From Limisphaerales bacterium (GTDB lineage Bacteria > Verrucomicrobiota > Verrucomicrobiia > Limisphaerales > SIBE01): a DNA stretch of 44,950 bases. A model generated the notes under the pieces. The model made no database searches. It was not told the origin of the DNA and saw nothing but the letters and a program-made list of their open reading frames with translations. The DNA lies in assembly GCA_044225505.1 (NCBI GenBank), contig JBGAIN010000055.1:1-44950 (forward strand), given 5' to 3'. Both the position numbers and the translations under genes were made by a program. Within the stretch, counting starts at the first letter, position 1; each line of letters begins with the position of its first letter. Shown piece after piece: positions 20,401-28,287 of this stretch.

Positions 20401-21371
20401 CCAGCGCCGGCACCAAACCTCAGAATTTAAACCAGCCGGGAGACCAAGCGTCTGCTGCTGCCGGGCAAAACGGGAACCGGCCTGAACAGGGCGAGAATGC
20501 CCGGCCTGGCCGATCAGCTCCTGGTCAAAACCGAACGGGGGAAGAGCCAAACTCAGAAAACGGAAAAGAACTGGCTCAGGCCGGTAACAGTTCCAGGCAG
20601 GGAAACAGGCCCGGCGAAGAGGGGCAGCAGCCAGGAACTCAGGGCCAAGGACAAGGTGAAGGACAAGAGCAACGCCAGCAGGGCCAAGGCCAGGGCCAAG
20701 CCCAGACACAAGGCCAAGGACAAGGACAACAACAAGAACAGGCACAGGCTCAAGGGCAAGGGCAAGGGCAAGGACAGGGTCAAGCCCAGGCCAATGCAGA
20801 AGGCGCGAGGCCTGGGCAGGGACAAGGGGGCAACGGCCAACCGCCTCAAGGTGGAAATCCACGAGACCCAGGCAGGCCACGGCAAAGGCCGAGCTTGGCC
20901 GGGCAGCCCGGCCAAAATGAACGGCCTGTCGGCCAGCGACCCGGCTCGGGACAAGCCCAGGCCCGGAATGGAAACGGAGGCGGAGAAGGTGGTGGTGACC
21001 GAGCGGATCAAGGGCCAATTACAGGGGAGGGTTACGCAGATTGGTCAGATCGGCTTCGGGACGTTGAAGAGATGCTAGACCTCCCGGACCTTCGCAACGA
21101 AGTGGCTGGGGTGCGTGAGAGAGCCCGGGCGATGAGGAGCGATTTCAAGAAAAAGAGCAAACCACCGCAATGGGATGTCGTCCGGGGTCAAATCGCCGAA
21201 CCGTTGGCCGAAGTCCGGAACCGCATCAGCGAAGAGCTGGCGCGTCGAGAATCGAAAGATTCGCTGGTTCCGATTGATCGCGATCCAGTGCCCCAAAAGT
21301 TCTCGGAATTGGTGAAAAGGTACTACGAGAGGCTTGGGTCAAGCAAGGAAGACTCCCCTACCCGTCAGTGA
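17418..21371 (+). CDS. Large membrane-anchored coiled-coil protein (DUF4175/TIGR02302-like) with Ig-like domains and Q/G-rich tail
   Basis: N-terminal TMs, P.YTG and DDFGI motifs, long Q/E/L heptad region, GQGQ low-complexity tract, C-terminal DPVP.KF..LVKRYYERL. Confidence 0.78.
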   Translation: MIEPFLKARLEPLARRRRRWNMARALAVCWGSGALVALGFVLLFRSTGWQSAWVLPAICLGTLGAIGAAWLRQRRAEPDYRELARQVEQRNPDLHALLLTAVEQKPDSQTGKFNFLQERLLREAVDKSVEGDWLHTITSAQMGRAQAVQWGGLFLFLAALASLRAPKEAIVATAAETKVNVSPGNTVIERGTGLAILARFEGALPAQVTLVVRPDGQPERQVPLVKSLNDPLFGGTIPEITNALSYRVDYGTARSADFTVKVFEYPRLERADAHVTFPSYTGLPEKRVEDTRRVSAVEGSSLDLALQLNKPVAEARLVAKDKSVIPLGADTNRANASLNHLTLTNSQIYDLVLVDAEGRTNKVPTQIVVEVVTNRIPELKFNFPRGDQRVSPLQEVTFQGEVWDDFGIQDHGITYSLAGGKPQTISFGTVPIPREKRQFTHLLSLENLSAQPDQLLSYFIWADDLGPDGKVRRSASDMYYAEVRPFEELFREGQAPPAGEGEQGSQNNEMLKLAELQKQIINATWKLQRQANVGLNADAGADKTPVRRAAAPAHEKDIKVVEQSQEEALKQASEKKEESQNARTKALWDTVEKQMENAAEHLGKASQDLDALPLAVASEQAAYQALLKLASREKQVVQGRRNQGASGGQNQQELDQLDLKQAENKYENQKQAAANKQNPEQREQNQILSRLKELSQRQQDLNERLKELQNALQEAKTDQERDEIRRRLKRLREEEQQMLADTDELLQRMDRPENQAQMANARQQLENTRNQIQRASEMIEKEAVGQALSSGTRAQRELQDLREDLRKKNSAQFAEEMRQMRTDARDLAQKEDQISDKLKALAANKPKTLSDSPETTQLQQQLGAQTEKMTNLLDNITRVSQEAEASEPLLAKQLYDTLRKASQGNADQSLQRARELLKLNFPDEAGQFEQRARKEIVDVKQGVERAAESVLGDETEALRLARRELDELSRQLEKELAKGDPGSNKPQSEAGNAQASAGTKPQNLNQPGDQASAAAGQNGNRPEQGENARPGRSAPGQNRTGEEPNSENGKELAQAGNSSRQGNRPGEEGQQPGTQGQGQGEGQEQRQQGQGQGQAQTQGQGQGQQQEQAQAQGQGQGQGQGQAQANAEGARPGQGQGGNGQPPQGGNPRDPGRPRQRPSLAGQPGQNERPVGQRPGSGQAQARNGNGGGEGGGDRADQGPITGEGYADWSDRLRDVEEMLDLPDLRNEVAGVRERARAMRSDFKKKSKPPQWDVVRGQIAEPLAEVRNRISEELARRESKDSLVPIDRDPVPQKFSELVKRYYERLGSSKEDSPTRQ
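20640..20790 (+). repeat. Coding hexamer repeat (CARGGN) encoding a Gln-Gly tract
   Basis: QGQGQGEGQEQRQQGQGQGQAQTQGQGQGQQQEQAQAQGQGQGQGQGQAQ. Confidence 0.85.
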
Positions 21372-21518
21372 TTGCTTGCAGATTCCCGTGCAGTAACGCG
21401 ATCATCCGGAGGGTTAAAACCGCGCATTGACCATCTCCGCACCCAGAATCGCACGAATGAGTGTCTTCGCTGTCGATAGGTTGAAGCTGCGTGGACGAAT
21501 AGATAGAGAATAGAGTTG

Positions 21519-23963
21519 ATGTTATTGGCGTCGCTATTGATTTCCGGGCACGACTGGCTTTGGTTAGCCGTCGTGCTCACTGCGGCGGTGGTAGCCGTGG
21601 TGGTTTGGGCTTATTGGAAAGCACCCACTCCGCGATCGATCCAAGGAGCTTGTCTGGCGCTCAAGGTCCTGGGGGTGCTGGCGCTTTTTGGTTGCCTGCT
21701 CGAGCCTCTTTGGAGCGGACAACGCGCCCGACCGGGAGCGAACTACCTCGCAATCTTGGCGGATAACAGCCAGGGCATGCAGATCAAAGATGCTGGGGCA
21801 ACAGTGAGCCGCGGTGAAATTGAGAAGCAATTGCTGACCACGGATCGGAGTCCATGGCAGGGAAAATTAGAAGAGAGTTTTCAGGTTCGCCGGTATCTCT
21901 TTGATTCGCGGCTGCAATATAGCAAAGGGTTTGGTGAACTCGCCTTTGACGGCCGTGCGTCGTCCGTCGGCGCCGCACTCAGAACCCTGGGCGAGCGGTA
22001 TCGAAGCCAACCTGTTGCTGGAATCTTGTTGTTCACGGACGGAAATGCCACCGACTTGGCGAGCGGAGTTGGCTCCTTAGCGGGATTACCACCAGTCTAC
22101 CCGGTCGTGATTGGGACCGACGCCCCCATCAAGGACATTGCCCTCAAGAAGGTAACGGTCACTCAGACCGCTTTCGAAGACGCGCCTGTCGCTATTCAGG
22201 CGGAAGTGACTGCCGCCGGCTTTAGCGGGCAGGAAATCGTCGCCCTACTCGACGAACTCGATCAGACAACGCCAGGAAACACCCAAAGTCGCGCGGTCGT
22301 GGACGGTGAACAGATTCAAAAAGCTGGAAATGATGAAAATCCCATGGCTTTTCGTTTCCAGGTTCGGCCGGAGAAAAGCGGAATCCGCTTCTATCGCCTG
22401 CGCGTATCGGCCCGGTCTGAGTTCGAACAATGGAACGACCCAAAACGGTCGACGGAAGCGACGTTAGCGAATAACACCCGCATCATCGTGGTCGATCGAG
22501 GACGAGGCCCCTATCGAGTCCTTTACGTTTCCGCGCCAAATTGGGAATACAAGTTCCTGCATCGCGCTCTTGATGAAGACGATCAAATCCAGCTTTCAGC
22601 GCTGATCCGGATTGCGAAACGTGAACCCAAAATGGAATTCCGGGGACGCGCTGGCGAATCAAGTAATCCACTCTTCCGCGGCTTTGGTAATCAATCCAAG
22701 GAAGAAACGGAGCGCTATGATCAGGCCGTCATTCGGCCCATCGCCTTCAACGAAGAAGAGTTTGCCCGTTTGCGCGGCGGCTTCCCAAAGACGCCAGAGG
22801 AACTCTACCGCTACCATGGTATCATTTTGGACGATCTCGAAGCAGACTTCTTCACCCGCGATCAAATGGCGTTACTGCAGAAATTCGTTTCTGAGCGCGG
22901 TGGTGGCTTGCTCATGTTGGGTGGCCAGGAATCCCTCGGCGAAGGCAAGTTCGAACGCACGCCGATCGGGGAAATGTTGCCAGTCTATCTCGATCGGACG
23001 CCCGAGGTGCGTTCTTCGGCTGAACTCCGACTCAATTTGACGAGAGAAGGCTGGCTCCAGCCTTGGGCTCGCTTGCGGAGCAATGAGCTCGCCGAACAAA
23101 AACGACTCGACGACACTCCGCCGTTTGGCGTGTTGAACCAAGTGCGTGATGTCAAACCGGGAGCGAGTGTTATTGCCACGGCCACCGACGGGGCGGGCAA
23201 AGTCTACCCGGCCTTGGTCGTGAATCGCTTCGGGAATGGACGCACGGCGGCGCTGATGATTGGGGACCTGTGGCATTGGGGCCTAAAAGACAAGGACACT
23301 CACCGGGATATGGACAAAGCCTGGCGCCAAACAGTTCGCTGGCTCGTTTCCGATGTGCCCGCCCGTATCGATATCCAAGCGGAGCCGGACTTGGCCGACC
23401 CAAACCAGGCCGTAGTCATGCAGGTCCGCGTCCGTGATGACAAGTTCCAGCCGTTAGATAATGCCTCAGTGGCGGTCACCGTTCGACCGTTGAGTGCGCC
23501 TCTGGCAGCGGCAGACCGCAACTCCACAAATGCATTAAACACCACAAAGGTTTCGCCATCGGTCCGGTTGACCGCCGAGGCGATCGCCTCCGACGCTGGC
23601 GTATACCAGGCAACCTATGTGCCTCGAGAGACGGGCGGCTACCACGCGGTGATCGTCGTCACGAATGCCGTAGGTGCGGAAGTGGGACGAGCTGAATCTG
23701 GCTGGACGAGCGATCCCGCCGCCGAAGAGTTTCAATCCCTAAAGCCGAATCGGTCGCTGTTAGAGCAAATCGCCAAGAAGACCGGCGGTGAAGTGATCTC
23801 AGCAGACAAGCTAGAGGCGTTTGCGGCCAGTTTGCCGGACCGACGTATGCCCGTCATGGAAAGTTGGACCTTGCCCCTTTGGCACCAACCGTCCGTGTTT
23901 CTTTTCGCGTTGCTCTGTTTCGTGGGCGAATGGGGCTTGCGTCGCTGGAAAGGCTTGGCATGA
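21519..23963 (+). CDS. Membrane protein with degenerate vWA domain and class-I glutamine amidotransferase-like (DUF1355-like) domain
   Basis: Two N-terminal TMs, DNSQGM..FTDG, FVSERGGGLLMLGG, LPV, GNGRT, C-terminal EW.LRRWKGLA. Confidence 0.8.
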   Translation: MLLASLLISGHDWLWLAVVLTAAVVAVVVWAYWKAPTPRSIQGACLALKVLGVLALFGCLLEPLWSGQRARPGANYLAILADNSQGMQIKDAGATVSRGEIEKQLLTTDRSPWQGKLEESFQVRRYLFDSRLQYSKGFGELAFDGRASSVGAALRTLGERYRSQPVAGILLFTDGNATDLASGVGSLAGLPPVYPVVIGTDAPIKDIALKKVTVTQTAFEDAPVAIQAEVTAAGFSGQEIVALLDELDQTTPGNTQSRAVVDGEQIQKAGNDENPMAFRFQVRPEKSGIRFYRLRVSARSEFEQWNDPKRSTEATLANNTRIIVVDRGRGPYRVLYVSAPNWEYKFLHRALDEDDQIQLSALIRIAKREPKMEFRGRAGESSNPLFRGFGNQSKEETERYDQAVIRPIAFNEEEFARLRGGFPKTPEELYRYHGIILDDLEADFFTRDQMALLQKFVSERGGGLLMLGGQESLGEGKFERTPIGEMLPVYLDRTPEVRSSAELRLNLTREGWLQPWARLRSNELAEQKRLDDTPPFGVLNQVRDVKPGASVIATATDGAGKVYPALVVNRFGNGRTAALMIGDLWHWGLKDKDTHRDMDKAWRQTVRWLVSDVPARIDIQAEPDLADPNQAVVMQVRVRDDKFQPLDNASVAVTVRPLSAPLAAADRNSTNALNTTKVSPSVRLTAEAIASDAGVYQATYVPRETGGYHAVIVVTNAVGAEVGRAESGWTSDPAAEEFQSLKPNRSLLEQIAKKTGGEVISADKLEAFAASLPDRRMPVMESWTLPLWHQPSVFLFALLCFVGEWGLRRWKGLA

Positions 23964-24973
23964 AGACTTCGCTCGTATTAATCGGCGCATGTCTAGGACT
24001 TAATCTCTGGGCGTCCGATGCCACTGTGCCCCCAACTCCATCTCCGAATGTCTTGGTGATCGTGGGCGCACCAGGAGAACCCGACTATAAAGAAAGCTTC
24101 GAAAAGTCCGCCGCCCAATGGGCTAAGGCGTGCTCCACAGCCGGGGCTCACCTGACGACCATCGGGCTGACGCCGCCTGACGGGACCAATGACTTAGACT
24201 TGGTTCAACACGCCATTGAAACGGAAATCAAGACCGCCCCTGGGGATGTCTGGATCGTGCTGATCGGCCACGGAACATTTGACGGCAAGGAAGGAAAGTT
24301 CAATCTTCGCGGACCTGACCTGTCGGCAACTCAGCTGGCTGAATGGCTGCAATCGGTGCCAGCGCCGTTGGCCGTTATCAATTCCGCATCCGCAAGTGGT
24401 CCGTTCTTGAACAAGCTTTCTAAAACTGGACGTGTCGTCATAACCGCTACTCGGAGCGGGTACGAACAGAATTTCGCCCGATTCGGCCAATTTTTTGCCT
24501 CGGCCATTTCCGAAGTCGGCGCTGATCTCGACAAAGACGGTCAGGTGTCGCTCTTAGAAGCGTACTTGTGGACGGCAAATCACGTCGCCGAGTTCTATCG
24601 CACTCAGGGACGTTTAGCCACGGAACATCCCCTTCTGGACGACAACGGAGACGGACTTGGAACGCCTCCTGACTGGTTTCGAGGTGTTCGCGCCGTCAAG
24701 AAAGCGAATGAGGGAGCCTCGCTCGATGGGCTGCGCGCCCACCAATTCCACTTGTTGCGAAGTGAGACCGAGAAGAATCTCTCTCCGTCCCTGCGAACCC
24801 GCCGGAATGAGCTCGAAGTCGCAATCGAGCAACTCAGGGCTGGCAAGGAAACTTTGGGGACTGATCAATATTATGCCCAGTTGGAAACACTTCTCCTGGA
24901 GCTCGCGAGGGTTTACGATACAGGTGATCGAGAAGCACGCAAAACCCCGTCACCCGAAGCGGAGAGGCGCTAG
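23960..24973 (+). CDS. Exported caspase/C13-like fold protein with EF-hand-like loops
   Basis: Signal peptide MKTSLVLIGACLGLNLWASDA; LIGHG motif, INSASASG at the Cys-strand position, VVITAT, DLDKDGQVSLLE and DDNGDG; ATGA overlap. Confidence 0.7.
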   Translation: MKTSLVLIGACLGLNLWASDATVPPTPSPNVLVIVGAPGEPDYKESFEKSAAQWAKACSTAGAHLTTIGLTPPDGTNDLDLVQHAIETEIKTAPGDVWIVLIGHGTFDGKEGKFNLRGPDLSATQLAEWLQSVPAPLAVINSASASGPFLNKLSKTGRVVITATRSGYEQNFARFGQFFASAISEVGADLDKDGQVSLLEAYLWTANHVAEFYRTQGRLATEHPLLDDNGDGLGTPPDWFRGVRAVKKANEGASLDGLRAHQFHLLRSETEKNLSPSLRTRRNELEVAIEQLRAGKETLGTDQYYAQLETLLLELARVYDTGDREARKTPSPEAERR

Positions 24974-25045
24974 CAGACGACACAGCCCATAGGGGAAACC
25001 TGCCAAATTCGTTTCCGTCCGCGCTCAGTAATCTGGGAGGGAGCC

Positions 25046-26101
25046 TCAATATCCGACGGCGGCACTAACCGGACCGCTCAGAGCGTCCGGTTCTCGGCTC
25101 ACGCCCGCCAATGGCATGTTTTGGTTTCTTGACTCAGCTCTGACGCCGCCGCTGTTGACCGACTTGTAAGCCCTTCCCTCTGCCAGGGTTGTTGCAACGT
25201 CACTCGCAGTCCGATAGCGAACCGGCAGCGTCTGACGATGCTTGCCATCCTTGGCCCTAAACACGGAAAAGTGAAGATGCGGCCCCGTCGAATGACCGGT
25301 ATTTCCAGACAATCCGATGAACTCACCGGCCTCTACTTGTTGACCAACTTTGAGTTTCGTCCCGCTCTTCAGCAAATGGACATACTGGCCCAGGGTGCCA
25401 TCCGAGTGCTCAATGAGCACATAGTTAGCATCCCAATCAAATCTACTATCGTCGCCACCGATGTTCGAGTCACATTTCACCCCCACGACAACCCCACCAC
25501 GAGCGGCATGCACCGGCGAACCCGATGGCATCCTCCAGTCGACCGCATACTGGTCCGCTCCAAAATGGCTATATTCCCCGTTAAAACCTTGGCTGACTCG
25601 GTACGTTTTTCCGGATGGATAGGGCAGCGAATAGACGTAGGAATCATCGTGCTGCACGGCGGTACTCCCAAACGTCGAGTAGTAGGTATAGGTCCAGCTC
25701 CAACCTAGCGAAGCATCCACCGGCGCAAGCGTGAAAAGATCGACCCGCTTGCGTCCTGGAAGAGTCGTCGTGTAAGGAAATGTCACGCTAGACGACAAAT
25801 TCACCAGCTCCATTTCAAACGTGACAGTGACCGGTGCCGACTGAATATTCTCGACGAATAAATGTGTTTCGGTCCCCTTCTTCTCGGTAGCAATTCGAAC
25901 CAGGGTTTCTCGTGATGAAGAGCTCTTCCCTACCGGATCCTCTCCCAAGAGTTGACCCGCGCCGCTCCATAGGGCAAGCCAGATCCAAAGGAGACTATAG
26001 AGTGTGTCTTGTTTCGGGGCATTCCTGAGGGATTGTGGACAAGCAAACAAAAGGTCCCGTCCGCACGAGGTCGAAGGAAAAAACAGATTCTGCATTAGCA
26101 T
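25046..26101 (-). CDS. M23 family metallopeptidase
   Basis: SH....YAVDW, V.AARGGVV, NYVLIEHSDG..YVHL, SGNTGHSTGPHLHF; start uncertain. Confidence 0.9.
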   Translation of the reverse strand: MLMQNLFFPSTSCGRDLLFACPQSLRNAPKQDTLYSLLWIWLALWSGAGQLLGEDPVGKSSSSRETLVRIATEKKGTETHLFVENIQSAPVTVTFEMELVNLSSSVTFPYTTTLPGRKRVDLFTLAPVDASLGWSWTYTYYSTFGSTAVQHDDSYVYSLPYPSGKTYRVSQGFNGEYSHFGADQYAVDWRMPSGSPVHAARGGVVVGVKCDSNIGGDDSRFDWDANYVLIEHSDGTLGQYVHLLKSGTKLKVGQQVEAGEFIGLSGNTGHSTGPHLHFSVFRAKDGKHRQTLPVRYRTASDVATTLAEGRAYKSVNSGGVRAESRNQNMPLAGVSREPDALSGPVSAAVGY

Positions 26102-26328
26102 GTCAGGCTACAGCGAATGGAGTGAATAAGGAGAGCACCGTATGCAAGGAGGCATTCTGAATTGATTCCCTCGCATCGCCAGGACCGTACGCCTGGTAGC
26201 CCAGCAGGAAGTGCACGACCACCCAACCAGGTAAACCCTGAGCCTGACGACTGCGAGCAAGTGAGCGCTCAATTTCCGACATGGCTATCACTGAATAGGT
26301 TCCAAAGCTCCGACTGGAGAATCAGCAG

Positions 26329-26343
26329 GCAAAAATCGTGCCG
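26329..26343 (-). promoter_or_regulatory. sigma54 (-24/-12) promoter candidate for the M23 peptidase gene
   Basis: Minus strand CGGCACGATTTTTGC has exact GG-N10-GC spacing and is close to TGGCACG-N4-TTGC; about 230 bp upstream of the ATG. Confidence 0.6.
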
Positions 26344-26725
26344 ACATTTGCTATTTTCTGGTCTGCCGCAGAAAACCCTCCCCATCGACTCTAAGGGCTC
26401 GCCCCTAGCCTCGTTTCGCCCGTTACGGTGATTTCAAGAGGGAAGCGATCAAAGGTTCAACTTTGGCAACGCTGCGCAGAATTGACCAAAATGCGTCGCA
26501 GAATCCATTGATAGTTAAGCGACGTCCATTTGGAGAGTGCAGAAGCCCCCTTGAACCATCGGCTCCAATTCCCGATGGCAAAAGCAGGCTTCGGTGCTAT
26601 TGCGACGATGGAAAGCTGCACGAACGTTGTTTCAGGGCGCTACATAAAGACGGAAGAACTTCAGTTGCGTCTCAATCGGCGACGAAGTGCCAGGTATCTC
26701 AATAAGTTTAGCAAGAAAGGAGTTT

Positions 26726-27667
26726 ATGTTTAAATATACATTCATCATTGCTGCTCTGCTCTCGCTCACCGGGTGTCAGAGTAGTTCGAACCGAGACACG
26801 ACAGAAGCACGCTCAGGGACAGTTGGATCTTCAACGGATACGGCCGGGTCAGGTGGCATTTCCAGTAATTCATCGACTTCCCCAAAATCTAATTCTTCCA
26901 TGACCGGATCCGATTCCGCTGCCACCACTGGAACGGCAGCTTCATCAGTGCCCAGTGGAATTAATCCAAGTTCTTCCTCATCAGGAACAGCGTCCCAGCA
27001 TTCCACCGACGATACGGCAAACCGGACGGTTCTCCCTGCCACGGAGAACGGTCCCGAATCCGAATCGGATAGAGGAAACGCGGCAAGCTCGGGAGAAACT
27101 GGGATTTCTAGACCTTCAGATGCTGCGAACTCGGCCGCATCGATTGGCAACACGGCAAATTCAGACATCCCAAGTTCAAGTGGGAATAGGACGATTACTT
27201 CGAAGCCGGCCGAAGCGACGACCACTCAAGACCGGCCTGCGACCGCCGAGTCATCCAGTAGTTCCGGCAGAGGAGTTTCACAAGAAAATCCAGGAACCCA
27301 ATACGGAACCGCCGCTCAAAATCAATCGGGAACTGGCTCACAACTGACAATGACCCCGGCAGATCAGGCGATCACGCAAAGCGTGACGAATTCACTCGCT
27401 GCTGCAGGGATCACAACACAAACGATGAATAGGATTCAAGTGCACGCCGTGAACGGACGGGTCATTCTAATGGGCGATGTCTCCTCACAGACGGAACGAC
27501 AAACCATCGAAGCCCGAGCGAGGCAAACTCCTGGCGTACGAACTGTGATTAATCAACTCCGCGTCGCGGTCGGAACTGAACCTGGGAATACAGCCTCAGG
27601 CGCTACCCCTGATGCGGAAAAAGAAGTAGGCTCCCCGGAATCCCCAAGTTCGCCAGCCCCTCGTTAG
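26726..27667 (+). CDS. BON-domain lipoprotein with long Ser/Thr-rich disordered region
   Basis: SD AAAGGAG before ATG 26726; lipobox LSLTG-C; BON motif DQAIT..I.V...NGRVIL.G.V....A...PGVRTVINQLRV. Confidence 0.85.
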   Translation: MFKYTFIIAALLSLTGCQSSSNRDTTEARSGTVGSSTDTAGSGGISSNSSTSPKSNSSMTGSDSAATTGTAASSVPSGINPSSSSSGTASQHSTDDTANRTVLPATENGPESESDRGNAASSGETGISRPSDAANSAASIGNTANSDIPSSSGNRTITSKPAEATTTQDRPATAESSSSSGRGVSQENPGTQYGTAAQNQSGTGSQLTMTPADQAITQSVTNSLAAAGITTQTMNRIQVHAVNGRVILMGDVSSQTERQTIEARARQTPGVRTVINQLRVAVGTEPGNTASGATPDAEKEVGSPESPSSPAPR

Positions 27668-27694
27668 CGTGGTCGTTGCCGGCGGACGAAAAAC

Positions 27695-27733
27695 AAAATC
27701 GGGAGTTGGTTCGATAAACCAACTCCCGATTTT
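27695..27733. terminator. Bidirectional intrinsic terminator between BON gene and rplQ
   Basis: Perfect 17-bp stem AAAATCGGGAGTTGGTT-cgata-AACCAACTCCCGATTTT with A/T tracts on both sides. Confidence 0.88.
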
Positions 27734-27777
27734 CGAAAAACCAGGTGTCCAACGATTCGACTCTACCGATCGCCGAA

Positions 27778-28275
27778 TTACTTCTGCTCGGTCGATTTCG
27801 ATTCCTCGGGTCCCTTGACAGCAGCTTGGCCACCGGACTCGGATTTCCCGGAAGCGGGAACCGGAGCTGCGAGTTCGACCCACTCGAGAATTGCCACGTC
27901 AGCCGCGTCGCCTTGGCGTTGGTGAAGCTTGACGATGCGGGTATATCCACCGCGCCGATCCTTAAAGGTGGGCGCAATCTCATCAAAAAGAATACGAATA
28001 ACGTCGTTTTCGCGGGCTTTCTTGGAAAGCTCTTTGGTTTTCTGGACTCGGCTGGGATTATACTTCAAATGGGCAGTAACCAGGCGTCGAGCATGAATAG
28101 TCCCACTCTTCCCGAGAGTCACCATCTTTTCTGCGACAGACCGTGCCGCTTTTGCTTTTGCCAGAGTGGTGGTAACCCTCCTGTGTTGGATAAGGCTACA
28201 GACCAAATTCGCCAACATGGCGTTACGGTGTGAGCCCGTTCGGCCTAATTTCGCAGTTCGCTTAAGATGTCGCAT
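27778..28275 (-). CDS. rplQ: 50S ribosomal protein L17
   Basis: MRHLK..KLGR, TTLAKAK, RGGYTRIVKL..RQGDAA. Confidence 0.97.
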   Translation of the reverse strand: MRHLKRTAKLGRTGSHRNAMLANLVCSLIQHRRVTTTLAKAKAARSVAEKMVTLGKSGTIHARRLVTAHLKYNPSRVQKTKELSKKARENDVIRILFDEIAPTFKDRRGGYTRIVKLHQRQGDAADVAILEWVELAAPVPASGKSESGGQAAVKGPEESKSTEQK

Positions 28276-28287
28276 GGGGGATTACTC

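Noticed and set aside
26115..26215. Cluster of + strand GGA motifs resembling CsrA sites
   Set aside because: Lies antisense to the probable M23 leader and can be explained by a pyrimidine-rich minus-strand UTR; no terminator or promoter supports a + strand RNA.
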